64,000 nucleotides of DNA from Candidatus Aminicenantes bacterium (GCA_021162615.1 JAGGYH010000025.1:26364-90363), one strand, 5' to 3'; positions 1 through 8,871 are shown, counted from the stretch's first letter. The notes: generated by a model from the sequence alone, not told the origin. Numbers and translations are program-made.

Positions 1-444
1 GTTATTATGATAAATGATATTGTCTTTGTGCATGGCGGGATAAGCATCAAGTTTTCCAAGTGGAAATTAAGCGGCATTAATAATCGTGCTCGCTATGAAC
101 TGTCAGAGATTCAGAACGCACGTTTAAGCAACACTTCTCTTGCCATTGATTTTGAGATCGTTTTTCAAAGCGATGGTCCGCTATGGTATAGGGAACTGGC
201 AAGACAAGATGAGAAATATTTTAAAACAGAAGTGGATACCATACTAGAAAACCTGAAAGCCAGGGCAATGGTCATAGCGCATACTCCAAAAACAGGAATA
301 GCGGCTTCAGTTGAAAGCTTGAGCCGTTTTGATAAAAGATTATGGGTTATTGATACTGGGATATCAAAGGCTTACGGAGGGATTCTCAGCGCATTGATCA
401 TTAAAAACGGGGAATTCTTTGTATGGAGTGAGAACAATGAATAA
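1..444 (+). CDS. Metallophosphoesterase, Shewanella-like PPP phosphatase family (5' end cut by window edge)
   Basis: Frame is open to nt 1. The visible half carries VHGG, DGPLWYRE and AHTP blocks typical of PPP/Shelph-type phosphoesterases. The stop at 442-444 overlaps the next ATG at 437. Confidence 0.7.
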   Translation, partial: VIMINDIVFVHGGISIKFSKWKLSGINNRARYELSEIQNARLSNTSLAIDFEIVFQSDGPLWYRELARQDEKYFKTEVDTILENLKARAMVIAHTPKTGIAASVESLSRFDKRLWVIDTGISKAYGGILSALIIKNGEFFVWSENNE

Positions 445-1231
445 CATAAAAAATAGGTTCTTTTGTTTTCTGGGAATAGTCATGTTTGTCTCTGCATCAT
501 ATCCATTTACATATAAGCAGGAAAAATCACTTTTTCCTGAGGAAACCGAAAAATTTCTGTTAACAGCTGAAGTCGTTTCCATTGAAAAACATCTGGAAAT
601 TGGGAGAACAAATTTCTGGAAGGTGCTTCTTAATGACGGCAAAAAAGAACTCAAAGCTATTTTTAAATACGTCAACCGATCCAGACCCTCTCTTTTTTCT
701 GATAGCTACAAATATGAAATCGCAGCATATAAGGTCAATAAAATTCTGGGCATCAATCTCGTTCCCCCGGTTGTGGAACGAAAAATAAACGGACAGACCG
801 GCTCTCTTCAGATTATGATAGAAAATGTCCTCACAGAAAGGAATAGAAAAATTCAAAATATCGAACCTGAAAAACCAGATGTATTCAAAAACGATATTGA
901 TACGATAAAGATCTTTGAAATTCTTGTGAATGACCAGTGTAATGACAGTGAAGACATCTTGATCCAAAAGGATGACTGGAAAGTCTGGAGAGTGGACTTT
1001 TCCGAAGCATTTTCCCCTTCATCTGATATTTTACTCAAATGCAAAATAGAGCGCTGTCCCAAAATCCTCTATACTCGTCTTCTTGAATTAGATGAAAATG
1101 AGTTAATAATGCTGTTGGATTCATATTTGAATGAAAAAGAAATACATGCCTTACTGGAGAGAAAACAGTTAATTGTCAAAACTATTGACGAACTTATAAA
1201 ACAAAATGGTGAAAACCAGGTGCTTTTCTAA
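437..1231 (+). CDS. Exported PI3/4-kinase-fold (type II PI4K-like) protein, paralogue 1, catalytic loop degenerate
   Basis: ATG 437 is preceded by GGAG (425-428). Signal peptide MNNIKNRFFCFLGIVMFVSASY. Shares the YEIAAYK..LGINLVPP, GSLQ and WRVDFSEAF blocks with the ORFs at 1430 and 7280, but the DR(H/T)xxN block reads QCNDSED. Confidence 0.65.
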   Translation: MNNIKNRFFCFLGIVMFVSASYPFTYKQEKSLFPEETEKFLLTAEVVSIEKHLEIGRTNFWKVLLNDGKKELKAIFKYVNRSRPSLFSDSYKYEIAAYKVNKILGINLVPPVVERKINGQTGSLQIMIENVLTERNRKIQNIEPEKPDVFKNDIDTIKIFEILVNDQCNDSEDILIQKDDWKVWRVDFSEAFSPSSDILLKCKIERCPKILYTRLLELDENELIMLLDSYLNEKEIHALLERKQLIVKTIDELIKQNGENQVLF

Positions 1232-1429
1232 ATACCCTTTTGTTTGAATGCCCATTTTTTGTGCAGTTTATACTAATTCCAATCAAATCAGTTTTTTAAA
1301 AGAAATAACCGCATTTTTTCAACAGGTATTTGCACAGGAATGGTGGATAAATTCTTTGGTGCGTTTGACTTTTGTCTTCTTTATGTAGAAAATTTATATA
1401 ACAGAGATAAAGATAAGAGGAGGGTAATA

Positions 1430-2257
1430 ATGAACAAATTCCTGAAATTTATCTTTATAGTGATTTTTGTTTTTTCATCAGGCTTCCAAACCTTTGCCCA
1501 ATTCACCAACGAAGAAATAGCAAAAATGGAGGAATGGGAAGAATATTTAAAAACCGCTGAAATCACAGGCCATGAGCAAATGCAAAGCCGTGAAGCTGTA
1601 ACCAATCCCTATATCCTTCAGCTGGAAAAAAACGGAGTCGCACGGCAGGCCATATGGAAAAACCCGGAAGGACGTATGAGAGGGTATATGGAAGGCTGGA
1701 AATGGGAGATCGCCGCCTATAGATTGAACAGGTATTTAGGACTAAACATGGTCCCTCCGACTGTTGAAAAAAGATTTCAGGGAAACAGAGGTTCCTGCCA
1801 GCTCTGGATCGATGCCTGGATGAGCCTTAAAGACAAATATGAAAAAAAGATCCGTGTTCCTCCTATAAAGGTCCTTCACTGGAACAGAGCCCTTTATCTT
1901 CAAAGGGCCTTTGATAATCTTATAGCCAATGTGGATAGGCATCAAAATCAATATCTTATTACCGAAGACTGGCGCATGATACTCATCGATCATTCCAGAA
2001 GCTTCAGAACATCGAAACAATACACAACAAAGCTGATCTATGATGAAAAAAACAAACAAGGCTCGAGAACTATGAAAGAACTTCCCATAGAATTTGTTGA
2101 AAAACTTAAATCACTCGACTCCGAGGTTATAAAAAATGTGGTCGGTGAATATCTTACTGACAAGGAAATCGAAGCGGTCCTTCTCCGAAGAGATTTGATC
2201 ACGGACTGGATCAATAAAAAGATAGAAGAATTGGGAGAGGACAAAGTTTTATACTAA
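1430..2257 (+). CDS. Exported PI3/4-kinase-fold (type II PI4K-like) protein, paralogue 2
   Basis: GAGGAGG (1417-1423) lies upstream of ATG 1430. Signal peptide MNKFLKFIFIVIFVFSSGFQTFAQ. Ordered blocks: AIWKNPEG, WEIAAYRLNRYLGLNMVPPT, GSCQLWI, NVDRHQNQ (DRH = nt 1934-1942), ILIDHS (D = nt 1988-1990). Confidence 0.7.
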   Translation: MNKFLKFIFIVIFVFSSGFQTFAQFTNEEIAKMEEWEEYLKTAEITGHEQMQSREAVTNPYILQLEKNGVARQAIWKNPEGRMRGYMEGWKWEIAAYRLNRYLGLNMVPPTVEKRFQGNRGSCQLWIDAWMSLKDKYEKKIRVPPIKVLHWNRALYLQRAFDNLIANVDRHQNQYLITEDWRMILIDHSRSFRTSKQYTTKLIYDEKNKQGSRTMKELPIEFVEKLKSLDSEVIKNVVGEYLTDKEIEAVLLRRDLITDWINKKIEELGEDKVLY

Positions 2258-2404
2258 GCCGGGCTTTTTGACTGAAATGATTTCCAATCAGGGGATGCCG
2301 AATCCTTGGTTAATATCTTATCGAGTGTAAATACGAACAAATCAGCATCATCTTGAGTGAACACCAGAGGAGGTTCTATTTTTTAGCTGCGCAGAAAATA
2401 CAAA

Positions 2405-3370
2405 TCAATCCTCATCCTTTTCCTTCAGTATGTCTTCAGGTTTTTTCATAAGGCTCTCTGCTGTCCATTTAGTAATCAAAAAAGGATAATTGTTTTCAGA
2501 CGAAAGGGCAGGATATTTCTCTTCATCCTCCGCTTTTTCATAGATCCTCAGTTCATAGTCTTTGGCTCCTTTTGCCGTAATGGTATAGACAGGAGTCTTC
2601 AGATTTTCTTTTTCCTTTTCATCAAGAAATGAATCACAGTTTAGCCCTGATAATTTTGACAAAAGGGTATCTATCTTGCTCTTTTCCGCTTTTTTCCCGT
2701 CCTGTGACAGCCACGCCTCTTCTTCCCCAGGACTTGTTTCCTGCTCTTCCTGTTCTTTTTCAGGCGAAACAGGTATGATTTCTCTCTTGAGCTCAAGAGT
2801 CCCGAATTCACCTTTTAACGCCAATCCTGTTATTTCCTCTGCACTGAATTTCATAACAGACTTATCTCTGAGTCCTGATTTATTTTGTTCAAAAGTGCTT
2901 CTAAACGATTCATTGGCATGATAGACTTTCGCATCATCTGCTATCATTACATAGGTATGACTGTATGTAGACGACACCTTGCCTATATAAAACTCCCTAA
3001 GTGCGTTTTCTTTGTCAGAAGCTTTTATATGAATTCTGTTTTCTTTGTCTAATTCATATCTTTCATAATTTTTCTTATCCGAAACCAATTCGGTCAGCGT
3101 GAGATTTCTAATTACATCCAGCATATCATTCACTTTATCGTGATCAGCGATGTACTCCTCGGGCATTATCAACCAGTCTCCCTTGCTCCTTTCAAGCAAA
3201 ATGGACTCATCTCCTCTGTTGATTTCAATTCTACTCAAATCATCTGCATCAATCTTATCAAGCTTAGGGAGTTTATAAGACATTTTATTCCTACCGGTGC
3301 TGATAATAAGGACCACAACCAAAATAATGATGACAGCCATCAATACCATGTATTCTTTCTGTCTTTTCAT
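2405..3370 (-). CDS. DUF4340-like membrane-anchored protein (last gene of the GldG-type ABC operon)
   Basis: GGAGGAG lies 5 nt upstream of ATG 3370. Has a single N-terminal TM helix. Its position directly after a GldG-like gene is the usual DUF4340 context. Assigned by context and architecture only. Confidence 0.55.
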   Translation of the reverse strand: MKRQKEYMVLMAVIIILVVVLIISTGRNKMSYKLPKLDKIDADDLSRIEINRGDESILLERSKGDWLIMPEEYIADHDKVNDMLDVIRNLTLTELVSDKKNYERYELDKENRIHIKASDKENALREFYIGKVSSTYSHTYVMIADDAKVYHANESFRSTFEQNKSGLRDKSVMKFSAEEITGLALKGEFGTLELKREIIPVSPEKEQEEQETSPGEEEAWLSQDGKKAEKSKIDTLLSKLSGLNCDSFLDEKEKENLKTPVYTITAKGAKDYELRIYEKAEDEEKYPALSSENNYPFLITKWTAESLMKKPEDILKEKDED

Positions 3371-3386
3371 TGATCTCCTCCAGCTG

Positions 3387-5585
3387 CTATTTTTGTTTTG
3401 TAAAAACAGCTTTTATCATTTTTCTTCTGGCTTTCCGTCTGGCCCAAACCATAATCCCTATCATTATGAATAACGCAGGGAGACCCCCGATATTAAAGAC
3501 CTTAATAAAATTCCGTGTGATCGGCTTTGTATCTTTCAAGGGATTGAACTTCTGGTTTTTACTTCTCATAACAGCGATACCTTCCCTATTGTTTAAATAA
3601 TCAATGATGTTCAAAATGTACTGTGCATTGGGAGATTCTCCGTTTTCGTCAAGCAGATTGTCCTTTAATATCTCAGATGACCCCATTATAAATATCTTTC
3701 CAGGCCTTCCTCGTTCAATGACTTCTTTTTCTGTTTTGAACCGTGTCTCCTTTGTTTCATCTTTTTCCGGTTCGTCCTTGTCTCCAACGCTTTCTTCCTT
3801 TGGTTTCTCAGGGACCTCTTTGCCAGAAAAATAGCTTAAAAAGCTGCCTTCGGCAAGATAAGCCAAAGGATAACTTTTCATGGATTCACTGTCTGCAGGC
3901 GGCCTTATAAGCATGGGATTCAGATTGATTTGCCCGGACATTGTCCAGGACCTTCCGGAACTCGAAATCACTGGATTTAACTTAATATCTCTTTCCTTGA
4001 TTTTTTTCTCATCGGATGACAGCGGAGATACCTGTATCATAATGAGCTCTTTGATGTTTTTTAAAAAACTGAGCCTGTGATTGATGTTTTCATTTTTTAT
4101 GACAGGGGCAAAATAAATAGGTGTCTCTCCCATTCTCTGATCTCTGCTTACATAGCAGCTCTCGTCAAGCACATATGACTTTTCCACTTTTAGGCCGTAA
4201 TGATCCAATAATTTCCCTATACCTGTGTTAACCGGCATATAGAGCGGCTGTGACATCCCGTACATCTGGTTTTGTCCCTGCTGGGCCTGTTCAAAAGAAT
4301 CGAGAAAAAGGGCTAAAGATTTGCCTTTCATGAGAAACTGATCGATCTGGAAAAGCTCCCAGTCCGAAAATGTCTCCTTTGGCCCTGCAATGATAAGAGT
4401 GTCAATGCTTTCCGGAATCTCTTCGCTCTTTAAGTCAATCCTGTTAACGGAATAGTTTTCATTGATCAGCGAATTGAAATTATTCAAGGAACCTGTCTGC
4501 TGCTGCATTCCCTGAAGCTGGGGGGGGAGAGAATAAGATAAACCAAGGGTTAAATGAGATGTCAAATATCCGATTTCTTCATGAATATTAATAACATTAT
4601 CCACATTTTCCTCTATAAAAGCCTTTATGGTATCCTTTTCTATCAATGAAAACTGTTCTTCCAACCCCCTGCTGGTAAGGTTAAGGTTTCTGTCCAGCAA
4701 AGACCTTTCTACGGACCGGTCTTTGTATTCAATCCCTATGGCTGCCATTCCCTTGCCTGCTTCTATTATCTGCCCATCTGAACCCTCTATTTCCGGCCAC
4801 TGCAGCATAAACCGTTCATATCTTTTTAATTCCTCTTCGGAAATCTCATCCGTACTCGGGTCAATGTATACAAATTCCAACTGGTTATAGAGTTTTGTAT
4901 TGAGTTCAGATACAATATCATTCATTTCATCTGTTATGGTATCAAGCCCTTCCAGATTCACCTCCCTTGCAATATCATTCAGGGAAGATGATTTTATGAG
5001 ATTGACTTTTATCTTTTCTTCGAGGTTAAGAAGAGAAGATATCTTATCATTCATCTTCTGTATAGTGGTAGTAATCCTGTATTCCAGCTTCTCTGTAGAT
5101 GTTACTGCCGGTATCTTTTCCGTAAGGTCCCCGTGGATAAAGACCATCCCCATATAAGCCCTCTGCAGTTTAGCCTCATCCTGCTCTATTTTCTGGACAT
5201 TAACCGGGTATATGCCGTAATCCTGGGCTTTTCTGCGGTTTTCTTCCGCTTGTTCGCTCAAATCTCCCTCTTTTGCCGTTACATCAAAAAAACGATAGCT
5301 GAGATAATCATTGGCATAAAGAGAATAGGCATCCAAAAGGTCATGAAGATAAGACTCGATTGTATTATAGGGTGCGGGAAGATTCTTTGAAAAAAACACA
5401 TTTATCGTTAGAGGCTCTCTTAGAGTGGATACAGCTTGCTTGCTGGCTTTGGATAAAGAATAAAGATTGTTTTCAGTCAGGTCTATTCTGAAAAAAAACC
5501 TTAAGGCGACCAGGTTGATGAGTAAAGTAATTATAAAATACAGTCCAAATTTGTAATAATGAGATTTGTTTCTTATTTTTTCCAT
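3387..5585 (-). CDS. GldG-like ABC-transporter auxiliary component
   Basis: Large protein with N- and C-terminal TM anchors, located directly downstream of the ABC-2 permease. Start chosen at MEKIRNK (ATG 5585) to avoid overlapping the permease. Confidence 0.7.
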   Translation of the reverse strand: MEKIRNKSHYYKFGLYFIITLLINLVALRFFFRIDLTENNLYSLSKASKQAVSTLREPLTINVFFSKNLPAPYNTIESYLHDLLDAYSLYANDYLSYRFFDVTAKEGDLSEQAEENRRKAQDYGIYPVNVQKIEQDEAKLQRAYMGMVFIHGDLTEKIPAVTSTEKLEYRITTTIQKMNDKISSLLNLEEKIKVNLIKSSSLNDIAREVNLEGLDTITDEMNDIVSELNTKLYNQLEFVYIDPSTDEISEEELKRYERFMLQWPEIEGSDGQIIEAGKGMAAIGIEYKDRSVERSLLDRNLNLTSRGLEEQFSLIEKDTIKAFIEENVDNVINIHEEIGYLTSHLTLGLSYSLPPQLQGMQQQTGSLNNFNSLINENYSVNRIDLKSEEIPESIDTLIIAGPKETFSDWELFQIDQFLMKGKSLALFLDSFEQAQQGQNQMYGMSQPLYMPVNTGIGKLLDHYGLKVEKSYVLDESCYVSRDQRMGETPIYFAPVIKNENINHRLSFLKNIKELIMIQVSPLSSDEKKIKERDIKLNPVISSSGRSWTMSGQINLNPMLIRPPADSESMKSYPLAYLAEGSFLSYFSGKEVPEKPKEESVGDKDEPEKDETKETRFKTEKEVIERGRPGKIFIMGSSEILKDNLLDENGESPNAQYILNIIDYLNNREGIAVMRSKNQKFNPLKDTKPITRNFIKVFNIGGLPALFIMIGIMVWARRKARRKMIKAVFTKQK

Positions 5586-5595
5586 TCCAAACTCC

Positions 5596-6303
5596 TCATT
5601 TCTTTTCCTCAATAACCAGATTTGTTGCATACAGAGCAATGAATGAGAGTGAGAGAAAATAGATAATATCTCTCAAATCCAGGACTCCTTTGGCTATGTT
5701 CTGAAAGTGATGGCTGGCACTGAGATATTGAAAAAAGCCTATGAAAACATTAGGGATAAAAAACAAAACAAAATCAATCAATAAAGTGAGGCTGAAACAG
5801 ATGGCCATCCCTATGATAAAGGCTACCACCTGATTCCTTGTTAATGAAGACGCAAGCAGCCCGACAGCACTGAAACTGGCTCCTAAAAGTATGGCTCCGA
5901 AATACCCGCCTATAACCGGGCCCCAATCCAGGTCTCCGATCAAAGAAGTCGATACAGCGTACATCAATGTGGGGCTCAACATTATGGCTACAAATGCCAC
6001 TGCTGCAAAAAATTTTCCTAGGATAATCTCTCTAAAAGACAGAGGAAGAGTAATAAGAAGTTCATAGGAACCTATGTTGATTTCCTCTGAAAACAGGCGC
6101 ATGGTCACTGCCGGGATTATGAACGCGAAAGTAATGGGAAGAAGGGAAAAGAATTTTGTCAGATTTGCCTGCTTTTCAAGAAAAAAAGTGGAAAAAAACA
6201 ACCATCCTATGATGATAAGAAAAACTGAGATAACGATATAAGCAATAGGAGAAATAAAATAAGTCTTAAACTCTTTCCGGAAAATATGTTTTATGTTTTT
6301 CAT
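5596..6303 (-). CDS. ABC-2 type transporter permease
   Basis: Polytopic membrane protein (about 6 hydrophobic segments). Starts 1 nt after the ATPase stop. Confidence 0.8.
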   Translation of the reverse strand: MKNIKHIFRKEFKTYFISPIAYIVISVFLIIIGWLFFSTFFLEKQANLTKFFSLLPITFAFIIPAVTMRLFSEEINIGSYELLITLPLSFREIILGKFFAAVAFVAIMLSPTLMYAVSTSLIGDLDWGPVIGGYFGAILLGASFSAVGLLASSLTRNQVVAFIIGMAICFSLTLLIDFVLFFIPNVFIGFFQYLSASHHFQNIAKGVLDLRDIIYFLSLSFIALYATNLVIEEKK

Positions 6304-6304
6304 T

Positions 6305-7021
6305 TTAATTCCCTTTGGTTAATTTCATGAAAATATTTTCAAAGGATTCTTCCTTCATAGACTTCCTCAGTCCATCCAGAGTATCATCAGCCACTATCTT
6401 CCCTTTGTTGATAATAACAATCCTGTCACAAGTCGCTTCTGCTTCGCTCAGAATATGAGTGGAGTAAATAATGGTCTTCTCCCTTCCGATCCTTTTGATG
6501 ATTTCTCTTGTTTCCACGATTTGATTGGGATCCAATCCCGCTGTCGGTTCATCCAGAACCAGTATTTCAGGATCTCCCATCAACGCATGAGCGATCCCCA
6601 CTCTCTGCCTGTATCCTTTTGAGAGTTCATCAACGGTCATGTGCATGACATTGTTTAATCCACAGAGATCCCCGAGATTTTTTATATGATCTTGTTTTTT
6701 ATCTTTTTCAATGCCTCTTATATCAGCAACAAAATCCAGATAATCATAGACCAGCAGGTCCTTATAAATAGGAGCTGCTTCGGGGAGATAGCCTATTTTG
6801 CTCTTTATTTCCATCATATGATCATATATATTGTAATTCATGACTTCTATATTCCCGTGAGTCGGCTTTAAATACCCTGTGATAATCCTGTATATGGTCG
6901 TTTTTCCAGCTCCATTAGGTCCTAAAAGCGCCAGTATTTCACCCTTTTTGATATCAAAACTCACGTTGTCCACAGCACATAAATCACCGTAATATTTAGT
7001 CAAATTTTTTATTTTTATCAT
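6305..7021 (-). CDS. ABC transporter ATP-binding protein
   Basis: Walker A GPNGAGKT, signature LSKGYRQR, Walker B ILVLDEP. ATG 7021 is preceded by GGAGAG; the longer ORF start at 7033 has no RBS. Confidence 0.9.
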   Translation of the reverse strand: MIKIKNLTKYYGDLCAVDNVSFDIKKGEILALLGPNGAGKTTIYRIITGYLKPTHGNIEVMNYNIYDHMMEIKSKIGYLPEAAPIYKDLLVYDYLDFVADIRGIEKDKKQDHIKNLGDLCGLNNVMHMTVDELSKGYRQRVGIAHALMGDPEILVLDEPTAGLDPNQIVETREIIKRIGREKTIIYSTHILSEAEATCDRIVIINKGKIVADDTLDGLRKSMKEESFENIFMKLTKGN

Positions 7022-7165
7022 GCGTCTCTCCATTGTTATTTTACCTGGTCACTTCAATTTAACCAGCAATATCCCGGTTAAATCTTTGCTTATCAAGTTA
7101 ATTTTTATACAAAATCATCCGCTCTATGTCAATGGATGGTGAGATTTCGGATGGCACGAACGCAA

Positions 7166-7283
7166 TTAACCTGACCTATTCATAAAAAAATGGCGATGTA
7201 TAGGCAAGCCGATCTCACTGCATCTGCTTCGTTAGCTTAGCTCGCATCTGCTGCAACCTCGACTTGTTCATCATCCAGGTTAA
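7166..7283 (-). repeat. MITE-like repeat, short copy (End-B ... End-A)
   Basis: Begins TTAACCTGACCTATTCATAAAAAAATGGCGATG and ends GTTCATCATCCAGGTTAA. The terminal TTA (7280-7282) is the stop codon of the CDS at 7280-8101. Confidence 0.8.
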
Positions 7284-8101
7284 TAAAGGACTGCTTCCTC
7301 TCCTCTTTCTTTTATCATATCGTTCACTTCTTTTATAAGCAGCTTTTTTCTTGCCAGTACAGCCTCGATCTCATAGTAACCCAAATAATCTCCTACCGCT
7401 TCCTTAATACTGTCATAACTTAAAGACTTCACAGCCTCAACGAATTTTCTGGGAAGGGTTGGAAACAACATATTGCTTCTCATCCCATGCTTTCCATATA
7501 TAAGCTGGTCTGTATAGATCCTTTTTGTCCGAAAAGACCGTGAATGGTCTATCAATATAAGGCGCCAGTCTTTGGTATACCTTATGTTCTGCTGCGTTCT
7601 GTCAATATTGCCTATCAAGCTGTCGAAAGCTCTTGCAAGATAAATGGATTTTTGCCATTTTTCTTTCTTTTCATCCGGGACTTTGATTTCATTCTTCACT
7701 CTCTCCAGTTCATCCATCTCCAGCTCTATCCATAACTGAAGAGACCCTTTCCTCCCCCTGAATCTTCTTTCCACAGTAGGCGGGACCATTCCTAATCCCA
7801 ATAATTTGTCCATTTCATAGGCAGCAATCTCATATCTCCATTCATCCTTAAATCCTTTTTGGATTCCTTCCGGATTTTTCCATACTCCCATTTCCTCCCT
7901 GGGCCCGAGTCTCAAAAACAGCTTTTTCGGTTTAGTGATCCCTTCCCCGATGTCCTCATGGCTGATAATATCTGCGGATTTGAGAAAAATTTCCCACTTT
8001 TTTCTCTCTTTCACTTTGTCAATGTCCAGCTGAGGTCCTGCATGCAAAAAAAGACCTGTCAAAACGAATACAGAAAGTAGGGATATGCCTTTAATCCTCA
8101 T
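7280..8101 (-). CDS. Exported PI3/4-kinase-fold (type II PI4K-like) protein, paralogue 3
   Basis: GAGGGAGG lies upstream of ATG 8101. Has a signal peptide. Blocks: GVWKNPEG, YEIAAYEMDKLLGLGMVPPT, GSLQLWI, NIDRTQQN, ILIDHSRSF. Colinear with paralogue 2 over its full length. Confidence 0.7.
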   Translation of the reverse strand: MRIKGISLLSVFVLTGLFLHAGPQLDIDKVKERKKWEIFLKSADIISHEDIGEGITKPKKLFLRLGPREEMGVWKNPEGIQKGFKDEWRYEIAAYEMDKLLGLGMVPPTVERRFRGRKGSLQLWIELEMDELERVKNEIKVPDEKKEKWQKSIYLARAFDSLIGNIDRTQQNIRYTKDWRLILIDHSRSFRTKRIYTDQLIYGKHGMRSNMLFPTLPRKFVEAVKSLSYDSIKEAVGDYLGYYEIEAVLARKKLLIKEVNDMIKERGEEAVLY

Positions 8102-8176
8102 TTTCCTCCCTCATGTATTGTATCATTCTGTAACACAGACTCATTACAAAAAAGGATTTTTTTATAAATTGGTTTG

Positions 8177-8185
8177 ATTATACCA
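8177..8185 (-). promoter_or_regulatory. Extended -10 (TGgTATAAT) upstream of paralogue 3
   Basis: The reverse strand reads TGGTATAAT about 75 nt upstream of ATG 8101. The -35 is weak. Confidence 0.4.
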
Positions 8186-8220
8186 TAAAAAAAGACTATG
8201 CGTAAGAAGGCTGTGGAAGG

Positions 8221-8571
8221 TTAGTGTTTGGTCTGCATTCCCTCCCGCCAAACAGTAAATCCGTAATCTATGAGCTCTCTTTTCGTATCCTTGTCCAGTC
8301 CACTTAAATGAATACCTAATTCCATGCTCTCCTCATCTGAACTCACCCATCGGACCTGCCCTGAGACAAAAGGAGGAATCTTTTCCCCGGGCAAATCAAG
8401 CCTGATCTCTACTTGATCTCCGACCAATAACGTCCTTTGACCCGCTATGATTTTTAGTCCTTCTGAGGATATGTTCTTCACGGAAATTTTTTCAATTGAG
8501 CTGTTCTCAAACCTTGCTTCACCATAACAACTGCATCCGAAACGAAAATATTTTCTTCGTTCTCTTATCAT
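8221..8571 (-). CDS. PilZ domain protein (putative c-di-GMP receptor)
   Basis: RxxxR (RERRKYFRF) and N-x-S-x-x-G (NISSEG) motifs at PilZ spacing. Confidence 0.75.
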   Translation of the reverse strand: MIRERRKYFRFGCSCYGEARFENSSIEKISVKNISSEGLKIIAGQRTLLVGDQVEIRLDLPGEKIPPFVSGQVRWVSSDEESMELGIHLSGLDKDTKRELIDYGFTVWREGMQTKH

Positions 8572-8626
8572 AATTCACGCTCTACATCTATGAATTATCT
8601 ACTATATGTTGGACCTTTATTTCTAA

Positions 8627-8655
8627 AAGATACTTATTGTGGTGGCTAATGTCAA
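8627..8655 (-). promoter_or_regulatory. Sigma70-like promoter upstream of the PilZ gene
   Basis: The reverse strand reads TTGACA, a 17-nt spacer, then TATCTT. Confidence 0.4.
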
Positions 8656-8707
8656 GTCTTTGGCCTTCATTTTTCTCATTGTATCATTCCAAAGATTTCT
8701 CACTTAT

Positions 8708-8820
8708 TTAACCTGGATGATGAACGAGCCGAGGTTAAGAATAGCTTACTGAAATTCAGGTGAGGACGTGGCGACATTGAAGATTTAGTCTTCATAGTGC
8801 TGTGTTTGAGGGAACTCGGC
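8708..8820 (+). repeat. MITE-like repeat, truncated copy (End-A + left hairpin arm)
   Basis: TTAACCTGGATGATGAACGAGCCGAGGTT followed by CTGAAATTCAGGTGAGGACGTGGCGACATTGAAGATTTAG, which aligns with the copies at 29401 and 34061. The right arm is absent. Confidence 0.8.
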
Positions 8821-8854
8821 AAAGCCGCCTGGGATTCATTTTCCAGGCGGCTTT
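8821..8854. terminator. 12-bp perfect hairpin downstream of the BNR-repeat gene
   Basis: AAAGCCGCCTGG / CCAGGCGGCTTT arms around a 10-nt loop. The only U tract is the three Us within the arm. Confidence 0.4.
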
Positions 8855-8871
8855 AATCTTCTATGCTATCT

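Noticed and set aside
2258-2404. Possible additional MITE end (CCTTGGTTAATA around 2305-2316) and a terminator after paralogue 2
   Set aside because: The similarity to the CCAGGTTAA terminus is limited to a few bases. The GCCGGGCTTTTT sequence after the stop cannot form a stable stem.
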